This document shows, in pieces, positions 17,268 to 25,509 of a DNA stretch of 25,866 nt; the first letter of the stretch is position 1; each line of letters begins with the position of its first letter. The notes beneath the pieces were generated by a model. It searched no databases, was not told the DNA's origin, and saw only the letters and a list, made by a program, of their open reading frames with translations. The DNA is from Planctomycetota bacterium (GTDB lineage: Bacteria > Planctomycetota > GCA-002687715 > DRQF01): positions 1 to 25,866 of the forward strand of contig JAZGFI010000154.1 of the NCBI GenBank assembly GCA_036479435.1. The letters are read 5' to 3'. Position numbers and translations under genes: made by a program.

Positions 17268-18713
17268 ATGACCGAATCGAGTCCGCTCTGGAAGCGGCAC
17301 GCAGCTCTCTGCGTCTTTCTTATTTGCGCGACCATCGCACTTTTCAGTGGCGGCGTCTTCGCCGCGGAGCCGGAGTCCACGGCCCCGATCACGCGCGACG
17401 GTGCTCCCTGGTCGCTGGTCAACGTCCTGCGCGGTTTTTTGGGTCTCGCCACGCTCATCGGGCTAGCTTGGATTTTGAGTTTCAACAAAAAGGCCTTTCC
17501 CGTCCGCGTCGTGGCCGGTGCAGTTGGCTTGCAGCTGGTGCTGGGGCTGTTGCTGATCAAGTGGGATATCGGGTACAGCTTTTTCGAAGCGATATCCACG
17601 GTGTTCGTGAAGCTCTTGGGTTTCACCACCGAAGGCTCCGTGCTCGTGTTTGGCGACCTCGTTACTAACCCCACTCAGAATCGCCCCGCGCTCGCTTTCC
17701 AGGCCTTGCCGACGATCATCTTTTTTTCCTGTTTGATGTCGGTGCTCTATCACCTGCGGGTGATGCACGCTTTGATTTGGGTGCTCGCTCAGATCATGAA
17801 CCGGGCCTTGGGCGTCACCGGCGCCGAATCGATGGCGATGGGCGCCAACGTTTTCGTGGGCCAAACCGAAGCGCCCCTCGTCATTCGCCGCTTCATTCCG
17901 ACGATGACGCAGTCTGAGATCATGAGTTTAATGGTCGGAGGTTTCGCCACCATCGCGGGATCGGTCTTGGCGGCCTACATCAAGTTCCTTGAGGATGCGG
18001 GCGGCGCCGACTTTGTACCTCACTTGCTTATCGCCTCGGTGATGTCGGCACCCGCCGCTTTTGCCATCGCCAAAATCATCCTTCCCGAGACGGAGGAGAG
18101 TGAGACCGGCAAGGGAATGTCCATGACCTTCAAACCGGTCAACGACAACGTGCTCGACGCCGCGGCCGCGGGAACGAGCGACGGTCTAAAGCTGTGGATG
18201 AACGTCTTCGCGATGCTGCTCGCCTTCACCGCCATGGTCGCCTTCATTAACTGGCCGCTCGAAGCTTTGGGCGACTGGATCTTGGAGGGGCCCATTCGCG
18301 AACAGATCGGCATGGCGGTAGATCTTAAGATTGGGCTCGACACCATCTTTGGACTCGTCTTTGCGCCGCTGGCCTTCATGATGGGCGTTGAGGGTGCCGA
18401 CTGCATTCGCTTCGGCGGCCTGTTGGGGATGAAGATTGGGCTGAACGAATTTTTGGCCTATCTCGAATTGACGCAGCAAGTCGCGTTGTTCAATGCCGGT
18501 GAAGCCGGGGCCATGAGCAAACGCAGCCTCTTCATGGCGACCTACGCGCTTTGTGGATTCGCGAATTTTGCGTCCATCGGTATCCAGCTGGGCGGCATCA
18601 CCCCCTTGGCGCCCGAACGGCGCAAGGAGATCATTAAGCTCGTTCTGCGGGCCATGCTCGGAGGAGCTTTGGCCAGCTGGATGACGGCTTCTATTGCGGG
18701 GATGTTCTTTTGA
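17268..18713 (+). CDS. nupC: NupC/CNT-family concentrative nucleoside transporter
   Basis: Motifs AFQALPTIIFFS, NVFVGQTEAPL, GFATIAGSV, ASVMSAPA, K..LNEFLAY and YALCGFANFASIGIQLGG. Confidence 0.95.
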   Translation: MTESSPLWKRHAALCVFLICATIALFSGGVFAAEPESTAPITRDGAPWSLVNVLRGFLGLATLIGLAWILSFNKKAFPVRVVAGAVGLQLVLGLLLIKWDIGYSFFEAISTVFVKLLGFTTEGSVLVFGDLVTNPTQNRPALAFQALPTIIFFSCLMSVLYHLRVMHALIWVLAQIMNRALGVTGAESMAMGANVFVGQTEAPLVIRRFIPTMTQSEIMSLMVGGFATIAGSVLAAYIKFLEDAGGADFVPHLLIASVMSAPAAFAIAKIILPETEESETGKGMSMTFKPVNDNVLDAAAAGTSDGLKLWMNVFAMLLAFTAMVAFINWPLEALGDWILEGPIREQIGMAVDLKIGLDTIFGLVFAPLAFMMGVEGADCIRFGGLLGMKIGLNEFLAYLELTQQVALFNAGEAGAMSKRSLFMATYALCGFANFASIGIQLGGITPLAPERRKEIIKLVLRAMLGGALASWMTASIAGMFF

Positions 18714-19540
18714 TTGAAGCACGCGTGAACCAAGCGGTGGCTTTTTGCCGTGAAAACGGCTTTGCCGACCCCGAAATCGCAGTGGTTCTCGGCAGCGGTC
18801 TCGGCCCCCTGGCCGACCGGCTCAAAATCTCGGCGGAGACCGAAACCAGCAAGATCCCAGGGTGGCCACAAAGTACCGTCGTGGGCCATGCTGGACTCTT
18901 GGCCCAGGGGACCTTGGGCGGCCGGCGCGTCTTGATGCTGAAGGGTCGCGTCCACGCCTACGAAGGCTATGAACTCGGTGAGGTCGCGCTGCCGATCCGC
19001 GTCATGGCGAAGCTCGGCGCGAAGCTCTTAATCAACACCAACTCAAGCGGCGGCATCAACGCGGAGTTTAAGGCCGGTGACATCATGCTCATTACCGACC
19101 ACTTGAACTTACAAGGGCAAAGTCCCCTGCACGGTCCCAACATCGACGAATGGGGACCGAGGTTCCCCGATATGAGCGAGGTTTACGATCGCGGCTTGCG
19201 AGATCTAGCACTCGAGATCGCCGTCGAAAGAAAAATCGCGCTGCGCACCGGCGTCTACGTTTCAACGCCGGGGCCTCAGTACGAAACGCCCGCCGAGATC
19301 CGAATGATGCGGATCTTGGGCGGCGACGCGGTCGGAATGTCGAGCGTGCCGGAAGCGATCACCGCACGCCACATGGGCATGAAAGTGCTGGGCCTCGCCG
19401 CGATTACCAACATGGCTTCGGGCATCTCCAAAACCAATCTCAGCCATCAAGAAGTCATCGAAGCCGGCCGCAAAGTCGGCACGGAGATGTCAAGCTTTTT
19501 GGAACGACTCATCGAAGCCTTACCGGGAGAAGGTTCGTGA
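18710..19540 (+). CDS. punA: Purine nucleoside phosphorylase, trimeric type
   Basis: Motifs VLGSGLG, GRVHAYEG, GPQYETPAE, GGDAVGMSSVPE and LSHQEV. The TTG start overlaps the nupC stop. Confidence 0.93.
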   Translation: MIEARVNQAVAFCRENGFADPEIAVVLGSGLGPLADRLKISAETETSKIPGWPQSTVVGHAGLLAQGTLGGRRVLMLKGRVHAYEGYELGEVALPIRVMAKLGAKLLINTNSSGGINAEFKAGDIMLITDHLNLQGQSPLHGPNIDEWGPRFPDMSEVYDRGLRDLALEIAVERKIALRTGVYVSTPGPQYETPAEIRMMRILGGDAVGMSSVPEAITARHMGMKVLGLAAITNMASGISKTNLSHQEVIEAGRKVGTEMSSFLERLIEALPGEGS

Positions 19541-19923
19541 AGGCCGAAGAACTGATCGCGATAGCCAAAAAGGCACGCGAGCACGCGTACGCCGAGTACT
19601 CCAAATTCTACGTCGGAGCGGCACTTTTGACCGATGACGGCCGGGTCTTCAGTGGCTGCAACGTCGAGAACGCGAGCTACGGCCTTACGATCTGCGCCGA
19701 GCGCAATGCGGTCGCCAAGGCGGTGTCGGAGGGGGCTCGAAGGATCAGCGCGATCGCCGTGGTCTCCGGACCGGGCGCCTCGATGTGCGGGGCTTGCCGG
19801 CAGGTCGTTTCAGAGTTTTGCGACGACGCCACGGTCTACCTTGCGGACAAAAGTGGCGCCTTTCGCGTTACTAGCGTCAAGGAGCTGTTGCCGGGCAGCT
19901 TCAAGGGCGAGCACCTGGGCTAG
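19537..19923 (+). CDS. cdd: Cytidine deaminase, homotetrameric type (128 aa)
   Basis: Motifs AYAEYSKFYVGAA, GCNVENASYGLTICAERNA and CGACRQ. GTG 19537 overlaps the upstream TGA, with a GGAGAAGG RBS. Confidence 0.95.
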   Translation: MKAEELIAIAKKAREHAYAEYSKFYVGAALLTDDGRVFSGCNVENASYGLTICAERNAVAKAVSEGARRISAIAVVSGPGASMCGACRQVVSEFCDDATVYLADKSGAFRVTSVKELLPGSFKGEHLG

Positions 19924-20113
19924 GGCCCAAAGAACAGTTTACTTAGTTCTTACGAACTTCAGCGGCCATCATAAATACAAGTGACTACAAGCAAATGACT
20001 TATGACATCATCCTTGTGCACGCCGGGGCTTGATTCAGCGGTCTCAGGTTCTACAATCCGCTAGCGCGATCCAAACTCGATTTCGCCCGGCTAGGTTGTT
20101 GGAGACACAACAC

Positions 20114-21514
20114 ATGTTCACCTTCTCGCTTCGGGGCACTTCGTTGGCCCTCGCCGCGTTAATTGCATTGCCCCTTTTCAGTTCCGTCAGCTACGCGCAG
20201 GGAGAAGATCCCCGCCTTGAAGAACTCCTCTCGCAGGTGCGCAAATTATCATCGCGCGTGGAGGAGCTCGAAGAGGAACGCGAAGATCGCGGCAGCCCCC
20301 TTGAGGATCGCGTCAACGCCCTGTCCGCGAGCCTCGGTTCCGCTGGCACCAGCGACTTCAACAGCTATTGGAAGACGGGCCTTCGTCTCGACAATGGCGA
20401 CAAGTCCTTCCGCCTCAAAATCGGCGGTCGCATTCAAAACGACTGGGCCTTTGGCACCCAAGACAACGACTACGAACAAAATACCGCCGCCGGACGCTTC
20501 GAAGACGGCACCAAATTCCGCCGCGCGCGTCTCTTCATCGCGGGTCAAATCCACGAGCACGTCATCTTCAAAGCGGAGTTTGATTTCGCTGGCGGCGACG
20601 CCGATTTCGCGGATGTCTATCTTGGGCTGCGGAACGTCGGATTCATCGACAAGATTCGCGTCGGTCACTTCAAGCAGTTCTTTAGCTTGGAGCAGTTGAC
20701 CAGCAGTCGTTTCATCACCTTCATGGAGCGCTCGCTGGCCGACGTCTTTGCGCCCGGCCGCGAAACCGGTCTCGGCGTCAACGGCACCGCGCTCGACCAA
20801 AACATCACCTGGGGTTTCAGCGTCTTTCGTGACGTCGATTCCTACGGCGACAGCGCCCCCGCCGACGACGGCGCCTACGGCGTCTCGGGCCGCGTGACTT
20901 GGGTGCCTTGGTATTGCGACGATTGCGATGCCCTGCTCCACGTCGGTGGCGGTATCGTCTACCAAGGCGCCAACGCGGATGCGATTCGCTTCCGCCAACG
21001 CCCCGAAATCAGCATCTCCCCCCGCATCTTTGATACGGGAAGCATCGAGGCTGACAGCGTCCTGCGCTTGAACCTCGAACTCGCTTTCGTTTGGAGTTCA
21101 TTCTCCTTCCAGGCCGAGTACTTTTACGCCGAGATCGAAGGCACCAATGGCAACCCCGATCCGGCGTTTTGGGGTGGCTACGCCTACGTCAGCTACTTCC
21201 TGACCGGGGAGAAACGTTCCTACGATCGCAAGAACGGCATCTTTGGCCGCGTTATCCCGCACGAGAACTTCCTCGAAGGCGACGGATGTGGCGCTTGGGA
21301 AGTCGCGTTTCGCGCGTCCTACCTCGATCTGAACGACGACGACGCCAACGGGGGCAAGGCCTTCAATATCACGGTCGCCCTGAACTGGTATTTGAATCCC
21401 AACACTCAGATCAAGCTGAACTACATCTACACCAACCTCGACGAGTTCGCGCCCGCCGAGACCGGTGACGGTGAGTCGCATGTCGTGGGAATTAGATTCC
21501 AGATCGACTTCTAA
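20114..21514 (+). CDS. OprO/OprP-family (phosphate-selective type) porin, copy 1 (466 aa)
   Basis: GGAG RBS, signal peptide and short coiled coil, then GGRIQND, FRRARL, GHFKQFFSLE.LTSS..ITFMER, FRQRPE, S.FLTGE.R.Y, GAWEV, LNWYLN and a terminal Phe. Confidence 0.9.
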   Translation: MFTFSLRGTSLALAALIALPLFSSVSYAQGEDPRLEELLSQVRKLSSRVEELEEEREDRGSPLEDRVNALSASLGSAGTSDFNSYWKTGLRLDNGDKSFRLKIGGRIQNDWAFGTQDNDYEQNTAAGRFEDGTKFRRARLFIAGQIHEHVIFKAEFDFAGGDADFADVYLGLRNVGFIDKIRVGHFKQFFSLEQLTSSRFITFMERSLADVFAPGRETGLGVNGTALDQNITWGFSVFRDVDSYGDSAPADDGAYGVSGRVTWVPWYCDDCDALLHVGGGIVYQGANADAIRFRQRPEISISPRIFDTGSIEADSVLRLNLELAFVWSSFSFQAEYFYAEIEGTNGNPDPAFWGGYAYVSYFLTGEKRSYDRKNGIFGRVIPHENFLEGDGCGAWEVAFRASYLDLNDDDANGGKAFNITVALNWYLNPNTQIKLNYIYTNLDEFAPAETGDGESHVVGIRFQIDF

Positions 21515-21539
21515 GTCGTTTCATCCCAACTCTTAGGCC

Positions 21540-21560
21540 AAAGCGGCAATCGCCGCTTTT
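21540..21560 (+). terminator. Intrinsic terminator after porin 1
   Basis: AAAGCGGC-AATC-GCCGCTTTT. The stem can be extended by TCCCAAC/GTTGGGA in the flanks. Confidence 0.7.
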
Positions 21561-21660
21561 CGGGTTGGGAACCAAAAGACGGCACTATCGGCCAACCCTC
21601 GGCCAGACTTGAGCTGATCGAACAAAACTGGCGCAACTCCTTGCCCCAGCAGGCCCTGCA

Positions 21661-21702
21661 GCCGCCCTTGAGACCATTGGTCTTGAGGGCGGCTTCATTT
21701 TT
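21661..21702 (+). promoter_or_regulatory. Strong hairpin plus T tract in the leader of porin 2 (attenuator-like)
   Basis: GCCGCCCTTGAGACC-ATT-GGTCTTGAGGGCGGC (15 bp, two G-U pairs on plus), followed by TTCATTTTT, ~80 nt before ATG 21780. Confidence 0.55.
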
Positions 21703-21779
21703 GGCCGATGAGGCACTTAGTGGGCCACGCCAAACATGGCGTCCGGCCGCACTTACGAGGGAAACTGGAGAACCGCCGT

Positions 21780-23180
21780 ATGTTCACGCACTCATCTCGG
21801 GGCCTTTTACTGGCCCTCGCCACCCTGATGGCTTGGCCCCTTTTGGGTTCGCTAAGCTACGCCCAAGATAAAGACGCCCGCATGGAGGAACTCCTCCAGC
21901 AGGTTCGCAAGCTCTCGACACGAGTCGAAGAGCTCGAAGACGAACGCGAAGATCGCGGCAGTCGGCTCGAAGACCGCATCAATGCTCTTACCGCCGGCCT
22001 CGGTACGGCGAGCACCAACGACTTCAACAGCCATTGGAAGGGCGGCCTCCGCTTTGACAACGGCGACAAGTCATTCCGTTTGCATATTGGTGGCCGCATC
22101 CAAAATGATTGGGCCTGGGGAACTCAAGACAAGGACTACGAGCAAAACCCCGCCGCGGGCCATTTCGAAGACGGCACGCTTTTTCGGCGTACCCATCTTC
22201 AGATCGACGGTCAGATTCACGAGCACGTCATCTTCAAAACGGAGTTCAACTTCGCTGGCGGTGACGCGGACTTCTTCGATGTCTGGATTGGGCTCAAGAA
22301 CATCGGCTTTGTTGAGCGCATTCGCGTCGGACACTTCAAGCACTTTTACAGTCTGGAAAAGCTGACGAGCAACGGGCACACCACCTTCATGGAACGCTCG
22401 TTGGCAGATGTGTTTGCTCCGGGTCGCGAGACCGGCCTCGGCATCAACGGCACCGCGCTCGAACAAAACCTCACTTGGGGCATCAGCGTCTTCCGCGAAG
22501 TCGATTCCTACGGCGACAGCGCTCCCGCCGACGACGGTGCCTACGGTGTCTCGGCCCGAGTGACTTGGATCCCATGGTACTGCGACCAGTGCGACGGCCT
22601 CCTCCACCTTGGCGGCGGCATTGTCTATGAGGGCGCCAGCAACGACGCGATTCGCTTCCGTCAGCGCCCCGAGATCAGCATCAGCCCCACCATCTTCGAC
22701 ACCGGGAGCATTGAGGCCGACAGCATCTTGCGTCTCAACCTCGAGCTGGCGTTTGTCTGGGGGGCCTTTTCCTTCCAGTCGGAATACTTCTACATCGAGA
22801 TCGAAGGCACGAACGGCAACCCCGATCCCGCCTTTTGGGGTGCCTACGCCTACGTCAGTTTTTTCCTGACCGGTGAGCAACGCCCCTACAACCGCAAGCA
22901 CGGCGTTTTTGGCCGCGCGGCCCCTCACGAGAACTTCCTTGAGGGTGACGGATGGGGAGCCTGGGAAGTCGCGGCACGCGCGTCCTACCTCGACCTGAAC
23001 GATGACGACGTGAACGCTGGCAAGGCCTTCAACATCACCATCGCCTTAAACTGGTACTTGAATCCTCATACGATGATCAAGCTCAACTACATCTACACCA
23101 ACCTCGATGAGTTCGCCCCCAACGAAGTCAACGACGGTGAAGCCCACATCGTGGGCATGAGATTCCAGATCGACTTCTAA
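21780..23180 (+). CDS. OprO/OprP-family porin, copy 2 (466 aa; His-enriched paralogue)
   Basis: Colinear with copy 1 and the same length (1401 nt), roughly 80% identical by eye. GGAG RBS before ATG 21780. Confidence 0.9.
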   Translation: MFTHSSRGLLLALATLMAWPLLGSLSYAQDKDARMEELLQQVRKLSTRVEELEDEREDRGSRLEDRINALTAGLGTASTNDFNSHWKGGLRFDNGDKSFRLHIGGRIQNDWAWGTQDKDYEQNPAAGHFEDGTLFRRTHLQIDGQIHEHVIFKTEFNFAGGDADFFDVWIGLKNIGFVERIRVGHFKHFYSLEKLTSNGHTTFMERSLADVFAPGRETGLGINGTALEQNLTWGISVFREVDSYGDSAPADDGAYGVSARVTWIPWYCDQCDGLLHLGGGIVYEGASNDAIRFRQRPEISISPTIFDTGSIEADSILRLNLELAFVWGAFSFQSEYFYIEIEGTNGNPDPAFWGAYAYVSFFLTGEQRPYNRKHGVFGRAAPHENFLEGDGWGAWEVAARASYLDLNDDDVNAGKAFNITIALNWYLNPHTMIKLNYIYTNLDEFAPNEVNDGEAHIVGMRFQIDF

Positions 23181-23207
23181 GTCCATCACAAACAACAAGA
23201 CCGGAAA

Positions 23208-23241
23208 GCCGCCCCACAATCTTTGGGGCGGCCTTCTTTTT
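23208..23241 (+). terminator. Intrinsic terminator after porin 2
   Basis: GCCGCCCCA-CAATCTT-TGGGGCGGC followed by CTTCTTTTT. Confidence 0.8.
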
Positions 23242-23343
23242 GGCCTCGCCGAAGCAGGTGTTGACATTGGGCCCAGCCGCAGCAGCCGCTATCATTCAAA
23301 GGCGGCCAATTTCCTGGCCTCACACCTACCGAGGATGCTGGTC

Positions 23344-23898
23344 ATGAAGAACACCTCCCTCGCCCTCATCGGAGTTTTCGCCCTTATTCTCGGCGCCTGC
23401 GGCACGAAAGATGCTGCCCAAGCAAGCTCCTCCGAAGTCGAGAAACTGAGCCTCGAATCCGTCGAGCGCGCCCACCGCGTCGGCGACATCGTGATGACTT
23501 CGCAACCCAAAGACGCAGACTTCAGTGAACTGAAAAACAAGTTCAACATCAAGACCGTCGTCAACCTGCGCCTACCCACCGAAATCGCCGACCTCAACGA
23601 ACCCCAACGCGTCCGCGACCTCGGCCTCGTCTACGAAAACATCGCTTTCAAGGGCCCCGAAACCCTCAGCGACCAAATCTTCGCCGATGTGCGCACAACC
23701 CTGAAAGACAAGTCCCGCCAGCCCTTGGTGCTTCATTGCAAATCCGCCAACCGAGTCGGCGCGGTCTGGTACGCCTTCCGCGTCTTAGACCAGGGCATCT
23801 CCAAAGAGCAAGCGATGGCCGAAGCCAAGACCATCGGCCTCAGAAAAGAAGGCCACATCAAACGCGCCCAAGACTACGTTGATAAGAAACTGCGATAG
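23344..23898 (+). CDS. DUF442/Blh-type PTP-fold phosphatase or sulfurtransferase lipoprotein
   Basis: Lipobox LGAC, motifs TSQP and IKTVVNLR..E, and active-site loop PLVLHCKSANRVG (CX4R). An alternative ATG is at 23335. Confidence 0.85.
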   Translation: MKNTSLALIGVFALILGACGTKDAAQASSSEVEKLSLESVERAHRVGDIVMTSQPKDADFSELKNKFNIKTVVNLRLPTEIADLNEPQRVRDLGLVYENIAFKGPETLSDQIFADVRTTLKDKSRQPLVLHCKSANRVGAVWYAFRVLDQGISKEQAMAEAKTIGLRKEGHIKRAQDYVDKKLR

Positions 23899-23902
23899 GC
23901 AA
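23743..23902 (+). repeat. Direct repeat copy 1 (3' end of the CX4R lipoprotein gene)
   Basis: About 160 bp, matching 25510-25670 at roughly 90% identity. Confidence 0.95.
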
Positions 23903-23968
23903 CAGCTCGCGAACGCCCGCGGATCTCGCCGTCGAAGTCCGAGAGGTCAAGGGCGGCTGAGTTCTTGC
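23899..23968. other. Long imperfect hairpin between convergent genes
   Basis: Nested pairings GCAA.AGCTCG/TGAGTT.TTGC, CGCCC/GGGCG and GATCTC/GAGGTC. Confidence 0.5.
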
Positions 23969-23985
23969 ACGGAACGCCCTTCCGG

Positions 23986-24558
23986 TCACAGCAACTCCGA
24001 GAATCTCTGAAGCTTGACCGCCGACTTGCTGAGAGTGTGGCGCCGCAGGAGATCCAGGAATTCGTTTGCTGTGTAGGGCGGATTTTTCAAACGGTGCCGC
24101 ATTATTTTCGCACCTTGACAGACAGTTTCAGCATCGAGATCTATGAGCGCCGCGATGAAGTCATCGGGGTGCTGTGCTCTTACTCCGAGCGGCACGAGGG
24201 CACGGTCAGGAAAATCACGGAGGTTCGCCGTTACAATGATCGCGGCTTGGCACCGAATGGCTGCCGCAAGCACATGCCGGTCATTGCCGTCGGGTAAGGA
24301 AAGACCTCCGATCAGTGGCTCGAATCCTGTGACCAAGCAATCTGGAACCGCGCGGTCAATGAGAATCCGGAGGCGTTGGAGTTTCCTGGGGTCGATATCG
24401 GGTCTGTCGATGAGGAGGTTTCGTATCCACTCACTGTGAATCTCTTCCGTCCAGCGGGCTCGGAATAATCCTGAGGTCGCCAACTGCAACAGGAGATTCC
24501 GTAGGGTCGCTGGGTAAAGAACACAGGCATCGAAGACGACGGTGAAATGGCTGTGCAT
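23986..24558 (-). CDS. PIN-domain protein (putative toxin ribonuclease)
   Basis: Motifs VVFDACVLYP, WTEEIHSEW, LPDGNDRHVLAAAI and IVTANLRDFP, with the acidic active-site residues intact. Confidence 0.9.
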   Translation of the reverse strand: MHSHFTVVFDACVLYPATLRNLLLQLATSGLFRARWTEEIHSEWIRNLLIDRPDIDPRKLQRLRILIDRAVPDCLVTGFEPLIGGLSLPDGNDRHVLAAAIRCQAAIIVTANLRDFPDRALVPLGVRAQHPDDFIAALIDLDAETVCQGAKIMRHRLKNPPYTANEFLDLLRRHTLSKSAVKLQRFSELL

Positions 24559-24585
24559 GGAGATTTCTGCTTGATCGACCTATCG

Positions 24586-25038
24586 CTACTCGAGTCCCAG
24601 TTCTTGATCCAGTTTGGCGAGTTCAACGAGTGCCGCCTGGCGTTCAGCATCGATTCGCTTTTTGTAAGCCATCAGATCCTGGAACAGAATTCTTCGATGC
24701 GCGCCAACTTTGCGGCCAGGTAAAAAGCCATCTTCAATCTGTTTGACGACGAATGGACGAGAAACACCAAGCAGGTCGGCAGCTTGTTGGGTCGTCAGCT
24801 CGGCGTGAATGGGAATCAAAGTGACCGCGTTCCCTTGGGCCATTTCGGTGAGAAGGCGAACAAGAAGCCGAGCGGCGACCGCTGGAATCTCGATGGTTTG
24901 CTGACCGTCGTCCGAAGTGTTCACACGTAGAGGATGGTTTCCCGTAACCAGCTCGGAGAGTTTGCGGCTCGATTCCCGCGCCAGGAGCACGTCGGCTTCG
25001 GTCGGCACCGTATCGGGGAAGGACTGATTGACTTGCAT
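24586..25038 (-). CDS. Excisionase-like HTH (HTH_17) DNA-binding protein, putative antitoxin or regulator
   Basis: ELTTQQAADLLGVSRPFVVK..E.G.LP..KVGAHRRI...DL.AYK, directly upstream of the PIN gene. GGAGA RBS. Confidence 0.9.
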   Translation of the reverse strand: MQVNQSFPDTVPTEADVLLARESSRKLSELVTGNHPLRVNTSDDGQQTIEIPAVAARLLVRLLTEMAQGNAVTLIPIHAELTTQQAADLLGVSRPFVVKQIEDGFLPGRKVGAHRRILFQDLMAYKKRIDAERQAALVELAKLDQELGLE

Positions 25039-25070
25039 GAAGGGTCTCCGTTCACTTCACCTTATCGCCC

Positions 25071-25106
25071 AAACGCAATAAACGCAATAATCGAATTATT
25101 CGAATA
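25071..25106. promoter_or_regulatory. Four 9-bp tandem units (putative operator/promoter of the HTH-PIN operon)
   Basis: AAACGCAAT AAACGCAAT AATCGAATT ATTCGAATA, 33-68 nt upstream of the HTH start. Includes the palindrome TATTCGAATA. Confidence 0.7.
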
Positions 25107-25509
25107 GCGGACTAAGAGGCGCCATCAAGATCGGGAGGAAAGGCGCCAGCCCCTTCAAACTATTGCTAAAACGGGACTTAGGATAACATGGCTCGCCCCA
25201 AGATGATCTGCAATGAAGTGAAACCGAGCTTACTATCAGAGAAAGAGCTGGCCCGAGAGTGTCGCTCGGGTATTTGAACGATACTCGCAACGCTTCGATC
25301 TAACTCGTGCGTGTGACCGCCAGCCAGAGCGGCACTGAACCGAGCACGCCGAGTTCCGAAAAGCGGCGTCGAAGGCGAGTCGAATTTCGAGCCGAAAACG
25401 GGGCCAGATTCGAGGAGCCTTGGGCACCGCGTGGCATCCTCGCCGCACTTCCTGCCCGATTCGCCGCGAGATGTTGATATGCCGAATGCCTTTGGCCCTT
25501 CACCCTAGC

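Noticed and set aside
19150..19536. Apparent 257-aa cytidine deaminase fusion
   Set aside because: The extension overlaps punA in another frame. The RBS and GTG at 19537 give a normal 128-aa Cdd.
19936..20010. Pho box upstream of porin 1
   Set aside because: Only TTAC at 11-bp spacing and scattered TGAC words; too degenerate to call, although the region is AT-rich and promoter-like.
25298..25480. Integron attC site (ATCTAAC matches RYYYAAC)
   Set aside because: No complementary GTTRRRY at a suitable distance, no integron integrase and no cassette array.
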